DNA from: Patescibacteria group bacterium
GTDB taxonomy: Bacteria > Patescibacteriota > Patescibacteriia > JBDRGY01
Direction of reading: 5' to 3'
DNA length: 64,000 nt
Assembly: GCA_043817315.1 (NCBI GenBank)
Contig: JBDRGY010000003.1
Location: 59,181-123,180 of the forward strand
Shown: piece after piece, positions 38,753 through 46,772 of the stretch
Position numbering within the stretch: position 1 is the first letter of the stretch
How the letters are laid out: every line of letters starts with the position of its first letter
Notes under the pieces: generated by a model
Seen by the model: only the letters and a program-made list of their open reading frames with translations
Databases searched by the model: none
Told to the model about the DNA's origin: nothing
Made by a program: the position numbers and the translations under genes

Positions 38753-38809
38753 AGCTTTATTTTAGCAGAAGATTGGAAATAAAAAAATCAGGTAGATAAT
38801 AAATTATTA

Positions 38810-38839
38810 GTCTTTATCAGACTTGATCCGATAACCCAG
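38810..38839 (+). repeat. REP-like hairpin, left copy
   Basis: GTCTTTATCAGACTTGATCCGATAACCCAG; 21/30 identical to the reverse complement of 39169..39198. Confidence 0.7.
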
Positions 38840-39140
38840 AAATTCCATCGAACCAGTCCTTGGATAGATCATACCAGTTTGGATTTTCTTTTTCTATTAA
38901 GGACAGCTTCCAATCCCTATTCCATCCTTTCAGTTGTTTTTCGCGACGGATTGCTTCACTAATATCATCTATTTCTTCAAAATAAACGAGTTTGTTAACA
39001 TGATACTGAGCCGTGAAGCTGTATTTGTCGAATTTAGTTTTGTGTTCATAAACTCGTCTAATAAGGTTGTTGGTTACGCCGATATATAGCGTTCCATTGC
39101 GCTGGCTGGCCAATATGTAGATATAATAAATACGGGACAT
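38817..39140 (-). CDS. Stand-alone GIY-YIG nuclease
   Basis: YYIYILAS.RNGTLYIGVT.NL.RR..EHK and AI.REKQLK.W.R.WK..LIE..NP.W.DL. Confidence 0.92.
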   Translation of the reverse strand: MSRIYYIYILASQRNGTLYIGVTNNLIRRVYEHKTKFDKYSFTAQYHVNKLVYFEEIDDISEAIRREKQLKGWNRDWKLSLIEKENPNWYDLSKDWFDGISGLSDQV

Positions 39141-39168
39141 AAGATTTTTCTTTTATTTCCCGTCTTTT

Positions 39169-39198
39169 CTGGACTGTCGAATCAAGTTCGACAGTGAC
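39169..39198 (-). repeat. REP-like hairpin, right copy (inverted)
   Basis: Minus strand GTC-ACTGTCGAA-CTTGA-TTCGACAGT-CCAG, a perfect 9-bp stem. Confidence 0.7.
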
Positions 39199-39218
39199 TG
39201 CGTGTGTTTTAATTTCTT

Positions 39219-39293
39219 TGGTACCCTCGAGTGGAATCGAACCACTATTACAGGCTCCGCAAGCCTGTGTCCTATCCGTTGAACGACGAGGGC
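39219..39293 (-). tRNA. tRNA-Arg(GCG)
   Basis: GCCCTCG acceptor, anticodon arm CAGGC-TT-GCG-GA-GCCTG, GGTTCGATTCC T arm, encoded CCA. Confidence 0.93.
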
Positions 39294-39308
39294 TAAGTAT
39301 TTTAAAAA

Positions 39309-39359
39309 GCTTACAGACCACAGCTCATAGCTGTAAGCGGCAGACTGTAAGCTATAAGC
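39309..39359. repeat. Inverted heptamer arrays (consensus GCTTACA) with no gene between them
   Basis: GCTTACA GACCACA GCTCATA G / CTGTAAG CGGCAGA CTGTAAG CTATAAG C. Confidence 0.6.
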
Positions 39360-39366
39360 AGTTCCT

Positions 39367-39870
39367 TCAGAATTTCAGAGTACGGCGCAGGCCGCGGGAA
39401 AAACCCTCGTGCTCTTTAGTCAAATCTTCTTCAAGATATTGGAGCAAGAATTCCCTGATGCGAACCGGGTTATTATCTTGGAGGGGAACAGCCAGTTCTG
39501 GTCGGATAGCACTTTTAAATTCAAAAAATAGCTCTTTTACTTCAGGAGGATTGTAGATAACCCAGAAATTTTCTATTCGGCTATAAGTGTAAAGTTTCTT
39601 ATCTAAAATAATTCCGTCTTCAGTAATTTGGAAATGAATTTGGTGCGGATCTTTTTTTCCCTGGAAAAAGATAATGACGTCCACCATAACAATAATGATA
39701 GCAAACAGCGGGTTGGCGGTGAAAATTGCAAATATCAAAAAAGCAACTGAAATGACAATGTACCAGAAGTACCATACTCCCGTTCTCTTATACTGTTGAT
39801 ACTCAGGGAAGTCCCACTTAGCAAAGATTTTGCCGTATTCTCCTTCAGGAAATTCTTCTTTTTTAGCCAT
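39367..39870 (-). CDS. Hypothetical membrane protein (2 TM helices plus PH-like domain)
   Basis: W.FPEY....R...WY, two TM helices, I.EDGI......Y.Y..I..FW. Confidence 0.75.
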   Translation of the reverse strand: MAKKEEFPEGEYGKIFAKWDFPEYQQYKRTGVWYFWYIVISVAFLIFAIFTANPLFAIIIVMVDVIIFFQGKKDPHQIHFQITEDGIILDKKLYTYSRIENFWVIYNPPEVKELFFEFKSAIRPELAVPLQDNNPVRIREFLLQYLEEDLTKEHEGFSRGLRRTLKF

Positions 39871-39920
39871 ATTGATGTTGTTATTTTTTATCTATAGTAA
39901 TAATAGCTTAAAACGACTGA

Positions 39921-41102
39921 TTATTCAATTTTTAACCATTCTCTCTTGCCTTTTTGAAGAATATCGCCTGATTTTACTTTTTGATCAGGTGATTTTATCA
40001 CTTGACCATTAAGCTTAATCCCGCCCTGGGTGATCAGTCTTCTGGCCTCTCCCTTGCTCTTAACCAACTTGGTTTCCGCCAGCACCAGAAGGACAGTGCT
40101 AGAGGTAACTTTTATTGTTTTTAGATCAGTCGGAGCCGTTTTTTCCCTGATAACTTTTTGAAAATGTCCTTGACCAATATCTGTCCCTTTGGCTCCCCAA
40201 TATATTTTGGTGATAGCTTTAGCCAACTCTTCTTTTATATCTTTTGGGTTTTTGCCCCTTTTCAGTTGTTGTTGCAGTTCTTTAATCTGGACTAGCGGCA
40301 GTTCAGTACAATGTTCAAAATAGGGAATTATCAGCTCGTCATTTATACTCATTACTTTGCCAAACATTTCTTGAGGCTCATCCAGAATATTTATGGTATT
40401 CTTCCAGCTGGAACTCATCTTGCGGCCATCCGGCCCTTCTAAAAGTTTAACCGTCAAAACGTTTTGCGGGGGTTGCTGGTATGATTTTTGAAGAGTACGA
40501 CCCGATAACAGATTAAACCATTGGTCAGAACCACCAATTTCTACATCAGCCCTGATGGCTACAGAATCATAGGCTTGCATCAGGGGATAAATTAATTCTC
40601 GCACTGAAATGCGGCTACCTTTTTTCAATCGAGTTTTTATATTAGTTCTGGAAATAAATTCGTTTAAGGAAAAAACACTGGCCTGTTTGGATAGTTCCCA
40701 GAAATCCAGCTTAGCTAGCCATTCTGAATTGTGTTTAATTTCAGTTTTTTTGATATCTACTATTTTACCGAACTGTTTGATGTATGTTTTTAGATTTTTC
40801 TGGACTTGTTCTTTAGACAACATTGGTCTTTCTGCATCTTTGTCAGAAGTATCTCCCACCAGACCGGTAAAGTCGCCGACAATTAATATAATTTGATGAC
40901 CCAACTCCTGGAACCTCTTCAGCTTGAGCAACAAAACTGCATGGCCCAGATGAAGATTGACGGCAGTTGGATCAATGCCCAGTTTTATTTTTAATTTCTG
41001 GCCTGATTCCAATTTCTGATGTAAATTCTTCTTTATTTCGATTCGAAAGATACTGCGGGTTAACAGGTCTTCGATAATTTCTTTTTTTGATAGTTTGGTC
41101 AT
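39921..41102 (-). CDS. tyrS: Tyrosine--tRNA ligase
   Basis: GIDPT..LHLGH, YPLMQAYD, GGSDQ, KMSSS and C-terminal S4 domain. Confidence 0.97.
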   Translation of the reverse strand: MTKLSKKEIIEDLLTRSIFRIEIKKNLHQKLESGQKLKIKLGIDPTAVNLHLGHAVLLLKLKRFQELGHQIILIVGDFTGLVGDTSDKDAERPMLSKEQVQKNLKTYIKQFGKIVDIKKTEIKHNSEWLAKLDFWELSKQASVFSLNEFISRTNIKTRLKKGSRISVRELIYPLMQAYDSVAIRADVEIGGSDQWFNLLSGRTLQKSYQQPPQNVLTVKLLEGPDGRKMSSSWKNTINILDEPQEMFGKVMSINDELIIPYFEHCTELPLVQIKELQQQLKRGKNPKDIKEELAKAITKIYWGAKGTDIGQGHFQKVIREKTAPTDLKTIKVTSSTVLLVLAETKLVKSKGEARRLITQGGIKLNGQVIKSPDQKVKSGDILQKGKREWLKIE

Positions 41103-41129
41103 AAAAATTGGGCTTATGAAGAAGTGTCT

Positions 41130-41387
41130 TTATTTTTTCCTTTCGGTAAAGAAAAAATAGATGATTAGATAAAGTATGATGATAACTGCAACTGATACAA
41201 TAAAACTGGTCAATCCCTCAAAAGCCTCTGGCCAAAATAGGTCGAGGTCCAAAATCCTGAATAAATGGAGCTGGGACTTATCAACTGATTTAATGGAATA
41301 GGCAATCAGGATAGCAATATGGATAACCCCGGTAAATAAGATTAGTTTCAGAAAGGCTGCTAGAAATCTGTTTCTTATTTTTGGCAT
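41130..41387 (-). CDS. Small membrane protein
   Basis: 85 aa with two TM helices, co-oriented with neighbours. Confidence 0.65.
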   Translation of the reverse strand: MPKIRNRFLAAFLKLILFTGVIHIAILIAYSIKSVDKSQLHLFRILDLDLFWPEAFEGLTSFIVSVAVIIILYLIIYFFFTERKK

Positions 41388-41406
41388 ATCGTTTTAGATT
41401 TGAAAA

Positions 41407-41493
41407 CGGAAGGAGTGGGATTCGAACCCACGAGACCCCTTGCGGAGTCAAGGTTTAGCAAACCTTTGCCTTAAGCCACTCGGCCATCCTTCC
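41407..41493 (-). tRNA. tRNA-Ser(GCT)
   Basis: GGAAGGA acceptor, AAGGT-TT-GCT-AA-ACCTT anticodon arm, long variable arm, GGTTCGAATCC; CCA not encoded. Confidence 0.93.
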
Positions 41494-41501
41494 AAATGTT
41501 G

Positions 41502-41771
41502 CTAATTAATTTTACTTTTTGATGTTTCTTTTAGTAGAAATTTTAACCGCTCTTTGCCTTTACCAGATTTAAGAAACTTTTCTTCCCTTAAAGCATCAGT
41601 CTTGTTGCTAAAAACTGCATAATATATTAGTTTCCATGGAGCACCGTTTTTTGTAGAGGCATTTTTTCTTGAATTGTGTTCCTTAACCCTACCCTTTAGA
41701 TTCTTGGAATATCCCTTATAAAGTTTGCCAGTTTTTAGACTCCTTATTATGTAAACATAATGCATATTCAT
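41502..41771 (-). CDS. Stand-alone GIY-YIG nuclease between two tRNA-Ser genes
   Basis: YVYIIRS...KLYKGYS.NL..R..EHN, PWKLIYY and AL.EEKFLKSG.G. Start at 41771 or 41765, because the longer track ORF overlaps a tRNA. Confidence 0.9.
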   Translation of the reverse strand: MNMHYVYIIRSLKTGKLYKGYSKNLKGRVKEHNSRKNASTKNGAPWKLIYYAVFSNKTDALREEKFLKSGKGKERLKFLLKETSKSKIN

Positions 41772-41774
41772 TCT

Positions 41775-41823
41775 GCCACTTCGGCCCAAGGCCGACCAGC
41801 CTCGGGCTGGCGGCCATCCTTCC
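41775..41823 (-). repeat. Duplicated 5' 19 nt of tRNA-Ser(GCT) interrupted by a 30-nt double hairpin
   Basis: GGAAGGATGGCCG[CCAGCC-CGA-GGCTGG TCGGCC-TTG-GGCCGA]AGTGGC versus GGAAGGATGGCCGAGTGGC at 41493-41475. Confidence 0.85.
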
Positions 41824-41830
41824 CCGTGTT

Positions 41831-41920
41831 TGGCGGAGGGGGTGGGATTCGAACCCACGGTGACGTTGCCGCCACAGCAGTTTTCAAGACTGCCCGATTC
41901 AACCACTCTCGCACCCCTCC
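41831..41920 (-). tRNA. tRNA-Ser(TGA)
   Basis: GGAGGGG acceptor, GCAGT-CT-TGA-AA-ACTGC anticodon arm, long variable arm, encoded CCA. Confidence 0.95.
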
Positions 41921-41962
41921 AGGTTACAAAAAAACCTGGCTTTTTCAATGTTTGGTTTTAAC

Positions 41963-41991
41963 ATTATACCAAAAATAAGTCAATCTGACAA
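41963..41991 (-). promoter_or_regulatory. Promoter of the tRNA-Ser cluster
   Basis: TTGTCA-N17-TATAAT with extended TG. Confidence 0.6.
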
Positions 41992-41992
41992 T

Positions 41993-42676
41993 CTAGCCCT
42001 TAGCAATAACCAGGCCCCAAACCTCCCTGGCGCCGGCTTCTTTCAGCACTCTAGCGCATTCATTTAAGGTAGATCCGGTAGTAAAGACGTCGTCAATAAT
42101 AAGCACCCGCCGGCCGTAACAACCCCTTTGTAGCCGAAAAGCATTTCTGATATTTTTAGCTCTTTGTTCTTTGTTAAGACGGGCTTGGGGTTTAGTGTTT
42201 TTAAGTCTTTTAAGTAAGTCGGGATCGAAAGACAACCAAAATGTGTCAGCTATATAATTAGCCACTTCTTCGGCCTGATTAAAACAGCGTAACTTCTGTC
42301 GCTTCAGATGCAGAGGTAGGCTGGTGATAATGAAATCAGAGAATACCTGGTTGTCCTCCAGATAATTAATCAAGATTTGGCTTAATGCCTTCGACAACGA
42401 TTTGACATATTGATATTTGTAACAATGAATAATTTTTTGCAATAGTCGATATTTATAATCAGAGGCAATGATAACCCCGTCCAGCGACCGATTTTGGTGA
42501 CATTGAGAACAAAGACGCCAACTATTACCCGGACGATGGCAGATAGGGCAGAAGTAATGCTGATTTAGGGGAATAGAGTCGAGGCATTTACTGCAAAGAA
42601 AAAATCCCGATTTCCCGCAGCCAAGACATTGAATTGGAAAAAACAGATTGATAATTTTGCTGAAGAATATATTCAT
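41993..42676 (-). CDS. comF: ComF family protein (double zinc ribbon plus PRTase domain)
   Basis: C..C, LC..C, C..C, C..C; PLH..R...R.FNQA; IIDDVFTTGSTL. Confidence 0.9.
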   Translation of the reverse strand: MNIFFSKIINLFFPIQCLGCGKSGFFLCSKCLDSIPLNQHYFCPICHRPGNSWRLCSQCHQNRSLDGVIIASDYKYRLLQKIIHCYKYQYVKSLSKALSQILINYLEDNQVFSDFIITSLPLHLKRQKLRCFNQAEEVANYIADTFWLSFDPDLLKRLKNTKPQARLNKEQRAKNIRNAFRLQRGCYGRRVLIIDDVFTTGSTLNECARVLKEAGAREVWGLVIAKG

Positions 42677-42706
42677 AAAAAAACAGGGTTACTTTTCGAC
42701 CCCGTC
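42676..42706 (-). terminator. Possible terminator after clpC, abutting the comF start
   Basis: Minus strand ACGGGGT-cgaaaagta-ACCCTGT-TTTTTT-ATG. Confidence 0.4.
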
Positions 42707-42719
42707 TTATATTAATAAA

Positions 42720-45248
42720 TTATTTTGACAAAACCAATTTCTTTTTTTCCGTTTTAACTTTAACTGTTTGGCCGGATTTATATTTCCCGGTCAGCAAAGT
42801 TTCTGCTAAAGGATCTTCTATCCTTTCTTGAATCACTTTGCGAATAGCCCGGGCTCCCTGATCGGGACTGAAACCTTTGTCTGCGATCAGATCGATGGCT
42901 TTGGCGGTCAATTCGATTTTAATCTCTTGCTCTTTCAACCTAGATTGCAATTCTTTAATCTGCAGCTCAACTATCTTCCGGATACTGGCAATAGCCAGCG
43001 GTTTAAAAACTAATAATTTATCGATTCGATTAACAAATTCAGGTTTAAACTGTTTTCTTAATTCTTTGAGAACCCTTTCTTTAATTTCCCCGTATCTATC
43101 TGCGGCCTTTTTTTGTTGATCCTCGGACTCAGATTGAAAACCAAAAGCTGCTCCCTTATTTAATGAAGCCAGACCGATGTTGGAAGTCATTATAATGATG
43201 GTGTTCTTAAAATTGATTGTTTTGCCGATGGCGTCTGTCAGATGCCCGTCTTCTAATACCTGAAGCAGTAGGTTAAAAACTTCGGGATGGGCTTTTTCAA
43301 TTTCGTCGAACAAAACAACCGAATAAGGCTTCCTCTTGACCTGGTCAGTTAGCTTATTGGATTCTTTGTAGCCGACGTAGCCGGGAGGAGCGCCTATCAA
43401 TTTAGAGACGTTGAAACCTTCGCCAAATTCAGACATATCGATCCGAATCAGGGCAGCCGGATCTTCAAATACCACTTCGGCCAGCACTTTAGCCAGCTCA
43501 GTTTTTCCCACTCCTGAAGGGCCTAAAAATATAAATGAGCCCAAGGGTCGATTTGGCTGAGAAATTCCGGTTCGGGAACGGCGAATACTCGAGGCAATTG
43601 CTTCGATGGCCTCTTCTTGCCCAATTATCTTTTTGGCAATTTCTTTTTCCAGCCCCAGAAGCCTTTCTTTTTCTTCGACCACCAAATCATGTAAAGGTAT
43701 CTTAGTCATTTCAGAAATAACAGAAGCAATATCTTCTTTGGTAATCCGGCCAACATTCTTTTGTTGGGCCATGGCTTGTTTTTCTTTAAGCCTGGGAATC
43801 TTTTCCATGATCAGTTTCTCTTGTGATTTAATGGCAATAGCTCTTTTAAAGTCTTCAGAATCAACAGCTTTATGTTTCTGATGTCTTAGGTTTTTCAGTT
43901 CAGTTTCCAACGACTTAATTTTTTTGATAAAGCCATCTGATTTATTGGCCACTTTAATTTTGGAAGAAGCCTCGTCAATTAGGTCAATCGCTTTGTCCGG
44001 TAAAAATTTGTCTTGGATATAACGGGAAGAAAGAGTAACCGCTGCTTCAATGGCATCATCGGTAATGGTGACCCGGTGATATTTCTCATAGTTTTTTCTC
44101 ACTCCCTTTAACACTTCTTCTGTCTCTTCCTCGGTCGGCTCCTTAATATAGATTGCTTGAAATCTTCTTTCCAGGGCAGCATCAGATTCGAAGTGTTTTT
44201 TATATTCTTCAGGAGTAGTCGCCCCAATTACCCGGATCTGCCCTTTGGCCAAAGCGGGCTTTAGGATATTAGCGGCATCCATTGACCCCTGGGTGGAACC
44301 AGCTCCGATAATGGTGTGTAGTTCATCGATAAAGATAATAATATTGGGGTCGGCCTTAATCTCGTCAATAATCTGTTTGATACGGCTTTCAAATTCTCCC
44401 CGGTAGATAGTGCCGGCTACTACCAGAGACAAATCAAGACTAAATATTTTTTTATTGATCAAAACCTCAGGAACCTCTCCGGTGATAATCCTCTTGGCCA
44501 ATCCTTCAACAATAGCGGTTTTACCCACCCCGGCGTCTCCCAGCAATGCCGGATTGTTTTTGGTACGACGGGAAAGGATACTGATTAGTCGGGAAATTTC
44601 TTGATTACGGCCGATTACCGGGTCAATATTTTTTTGAATGATAGGGTCGGTTAGATTGGTGCAAAAAAATTCTAAAACCGAGGATTTAGTTTTCGTCATA
44701 GTAGGCATTCCAGGCGGAGCTGGTAATTCCTCACCGGATTCGCTTTTAATTCGGTCAAATAGATTTGTTAAATCTGGAAATTTTGAAGTACTGCGTAAAA
44801 CTAAGGTAATTTGCCGATCAAGATCGGGCTCTTTTATCTTGTTTTCCGTTAAAATGGCTTTTACCTCCAGATCGTCGTTTTCCAAAACTGCCTTGAGCAG
44901 ATGTTCGGTGCCCACATACTTATGCTTGTGCTGGCGGGCAATCATCACTGCTTTCTCAACTGCGGACTTGGCGTTTTTCGAGAGGACGGTCTTTTTTACC
45001 TTATTTTTCTCATCAAAACTGACATCGTTCTGCACTCTCAATTTTACCAGTTGGGATTTTAAGGTATCAGCAGCAAGTCCCAGCTTGGTTAATATCTCCG
45101 AGCCCAGACTGCCTTTCTGGGTTAACAGGCCGTAAACCAAATAAGAGTTAGAAACCTCTTTTTGATTCATTTCTTTGGCAAAGCAAAAGGCCTCATCAAT
45201 GGCTTTTTTCAGGTAGCTGGTAAATTTTTTGACGACGTTAGGCTGCAT
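42720..45248 (-). CDS. clpC: ATP-dependent Clp protease ATP-binding subunit ClpC
   Basis: Clp N-terminal repeats, two AAA+ modules (GDAGVGKT, GPSGVGKT) and a short UVR-type middle domain. Confidence 0.92.
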   Translation of the reverse strand: MQPNVVKKFTSYLKKAIDEAFCFAKEMNQKEVSNSYLVYGLLTQKGSLGSEILTKLGLAADTLKSQLVKLRVQNDVSFDEKNKVKKTVLSKNAKSAVEKAVMIARQHKHKYVGTEHLLKAVLENDDLEVKAILTENKIKEPDLDRQITLVLRSTSKFPDLTNLFDRIKSESGEELPAPPGMPTMTKTKSSVLEFFCTNLTDPIIQKNIDPVIGRNQEISRLISILSRRTKNNPALLGDAGVGKTAIVEGLAKRIITGEVPEVLINKKIFSLDLSLVVAGTIYRGEFESRIKQIIDEIKADPNIIIFIDELHTIIGAGSTQGSMDAANILKPALAKGQIRVIGATTPEEYKKHFESDAALERRFQAIYIKEPTEEETEEVLKGVRKNYEKYHRVTITDDAIEAAVTLSSRYIQDKFLPDKAIDLIDEASSKIKVANKSDGFIKKIKSLETELKNLRHQKHKAVDSEDFKRAIAIKSQEKLIMEKIPRLKEKQAMAQQKNVGRITKEDIASVISEMTKIPLHDLVVEEKERLLGLEKEIAKKIIGQEEAIEAIASSIRRSRTGISQPNRPLGSFIFLGPSGVGKTELAKVLAEVVFEDPAALIRIDMSEFGEGFNVSKLIGAPPGYVGYKESNKLTDQVKRKPYSVVLFDEIEKAHPEVFNLLLQVLEDGHLTDAIGKTINFKNTIIIMTSNIGLASLNKGAAFGFQSESEDQQKKAADRYGEIKERVLKELRKQFKPEFVNRIDKLLVFKPLAIASIRKIVELQIKELQSRLKEQEIKIELTAKAIDLIADKGFSPDQGARAIRKVIQERIEDPLAETLLTGKYKSGQTVKVKTEKKKLVLSK

Positions 45249-46134
45249 GACCAGTCATAGCTCTTAATTTTTTAACTCTTTCTTGAACCGGCGGGTGGGT
45301 CTGAAAAAGATTAGTAACTCCCTTGGTTACCCCGCCGAATGGGTTAGTGATATAGAGATGGGCGGTAGCGGGACTAGCCTTCCTTAGGGGTCTATCTTGT
45401 TGGGCTAGTTTTTCCAAGGCACTGGCCAAGCCATCGGGATAGCGGGTCAGCAGGGCCCCGGAAGCATCAGCCAGATACTCGCGACGGCGCGAGACGGCAA
45501 ACTTGATTAGATTGGCTACGATAGGGGACAGTATTAAAGCCAGAATTCCCACAATAGCGATTATGGCTCCGGCCTGCCCACCACCGCGACGGCGTCCCCC
45601 TCTCAAGAATCGGGTTCTCCAAAAAATGTGGGTAACCATAGCCACTGTGCCCACCAGCACAACCACAACAGTCATTAGTCGGATGTCATAGTTTTTGACG
45701 TGAGACAGCTCATGGGCAATAACTCCTTCCAATTCCTCATTTTCCAGTTTTTCAATAATGCCCCTGGTCAGAGCAACGGAGGCGTGTTCTGGATCCCGAC
45801 CCGTGGCAAAAGCATTCATGGCGCCATCTTCGATGATGTAGACTTTTGGTAAAGGTAAACCGGCGGTGATGCAGAGATTTTCCACCATACGATAGACATA
45901 GGGGTTGTCTTTTTTGGCAATTGGTTTGGCTCCAGCAATGCCCAGGGCAATACTATCACCTTTGTAGTAGCTTATTAGGGTCATAATCAAGGCGATTATC
46001 CCGGCCAAGATTAACCCTCCATAGCCAGTTCCTTGCCATTGGCCCAGAATCCAACCTAAAAACAGGACAAAAACCACAAAGATGAAAATTAATAGCCAAG
46101 TTCGGCGCTTGTTGGAATCGATTTGTTGGTACAT
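45238..46134 (-). CDS. htpX: Zinc metalloprotease HtpX (M48)
   Basis: NAFATGR, HELSH, SR.REYLAD and THPP motifs. Confidence 0.93.
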   Translation of the reverse strand: MYQQIDSNKRRTWLLIFIFVVFVLFLGWILGQWQGTGYGGLILAGIIALIMTLISYYKGDSIALGIAGAKPIAKKDNPYVYRMVENLCITAGLPLPKVYIIEDGAMNAFATGRDPEHASVALTRGIIEKLENEELEGVIAHELSHVKNYDIRLMTVVVVLVGTVAMVTHIFWRTRFLRGGRRRGGGQAGAIIAIVGILALILSPIVANLIKFAVSRRREYLADASGALLTRYPDGLASALEKLAQQDRPLRKASPATAHLYITNPFGGVTKGVTNLFQTHPPVQERVKKLRAMTGHAA

Positions 46135-46142
46135 ATTGTTTG

Positions 46143-46178
46143 AAAACGAACGGCACTAACCTTAGTGCCGTCGTTTTT
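46143..46178. terminator. Strong inverted repeat between lemA and htpX
   Basis: AAAACGA-ACGGCACTAA-cc-TTAGTGCCGT-CGTTTT. Confidence 0.5.
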
Positions 46179-46194
46179 AAAACTTTTAGTTTTT

Positions 46195-46749
46195 TTAGAA
46201 CTGAACCTTAACTGGTTCCTTTTCCCCTTCTCCGATTTCGAAAAATTCATACTTTTTGAAACCCAGCATGCCGGCGATCAGATTATTGGGGAACACCTGA
46301 ATTTTGGTGTTGAAGTCGCGGACGTTGCCGTTATAGAACCTTCGGGCAGCCTGGATTTTGTTTTCAGTATCAGACAATTCATCTTGGAGTTTCAGGAAGT
46401 TCTGGTTGGCCTTGAGGTCCGGATAATTCTCGGCGACGGCAAATAGTGTTTTTAATGTGCCGGCTAGCATATTTTCTGCCTTACCTTTCTCAGCTACACC
46501 CTTGGCTCCCATGGCCGTTGTCCTAGCTTTGGTGACATTTTCGAAGAGCTCCTTCTCGTGTTTGGCATAGCCCCTGACTGTCTCTACCAGGTTAGGAATC
46601 AAATCATACCTTCTTTTCAACTGGACATCGATGTCTGACCAGGCTTCATCAGTGCGATTGCGCAACCGGATTAACCCGTTGTAGACTCCGATCAGCCAGA
46701 AGATAATGACGGCCACTGCGGCAATGAGTACCCATAACAATGTGCTCAT
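46195..46749 (-). CDS. lemA: LemA family protein
   Basis: YN.L, AWSDIDVQLKRR.DLIPNLV, AVAENYPDLKA and RRFYN motifs. Confidence 0.95.
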   Translation of the reverse strand: MSTLLWVLIAAVAVIIFWLIGVYNGLIRLRNRTDEAWSDIDVQLKRRYDLIPNLVETVRGYAKHEKELFENVTKARTTAMGAKGVAEKGKAENMLAGTLKTLFAVAENYPDLKANQNFLKLQDELSDTENKIQAARRFYNGNVRDFNTKIQVFPNNLIAGMLGFKKYEFFEIGEGEKEPVKVQF

Positions 46750-46772
46750 ATTTTTTCCTCTTTACTTAATTT

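Noticed and set aside
41407-41823. Intron-split tRNA requiring splicing
   Set aside because: The downstream tRNA-Ser(GCT) is already complete, and no group I/II intron core is evident in about 300 nt that is almost all coding.
41772-41948. N-terminal extension of the 148-aa track ORF
   Set aside because: It reads through tRNA-Ser(TGA) and the tRNA fragment; the GIY-YIG domain starts at 41771 or 41765.
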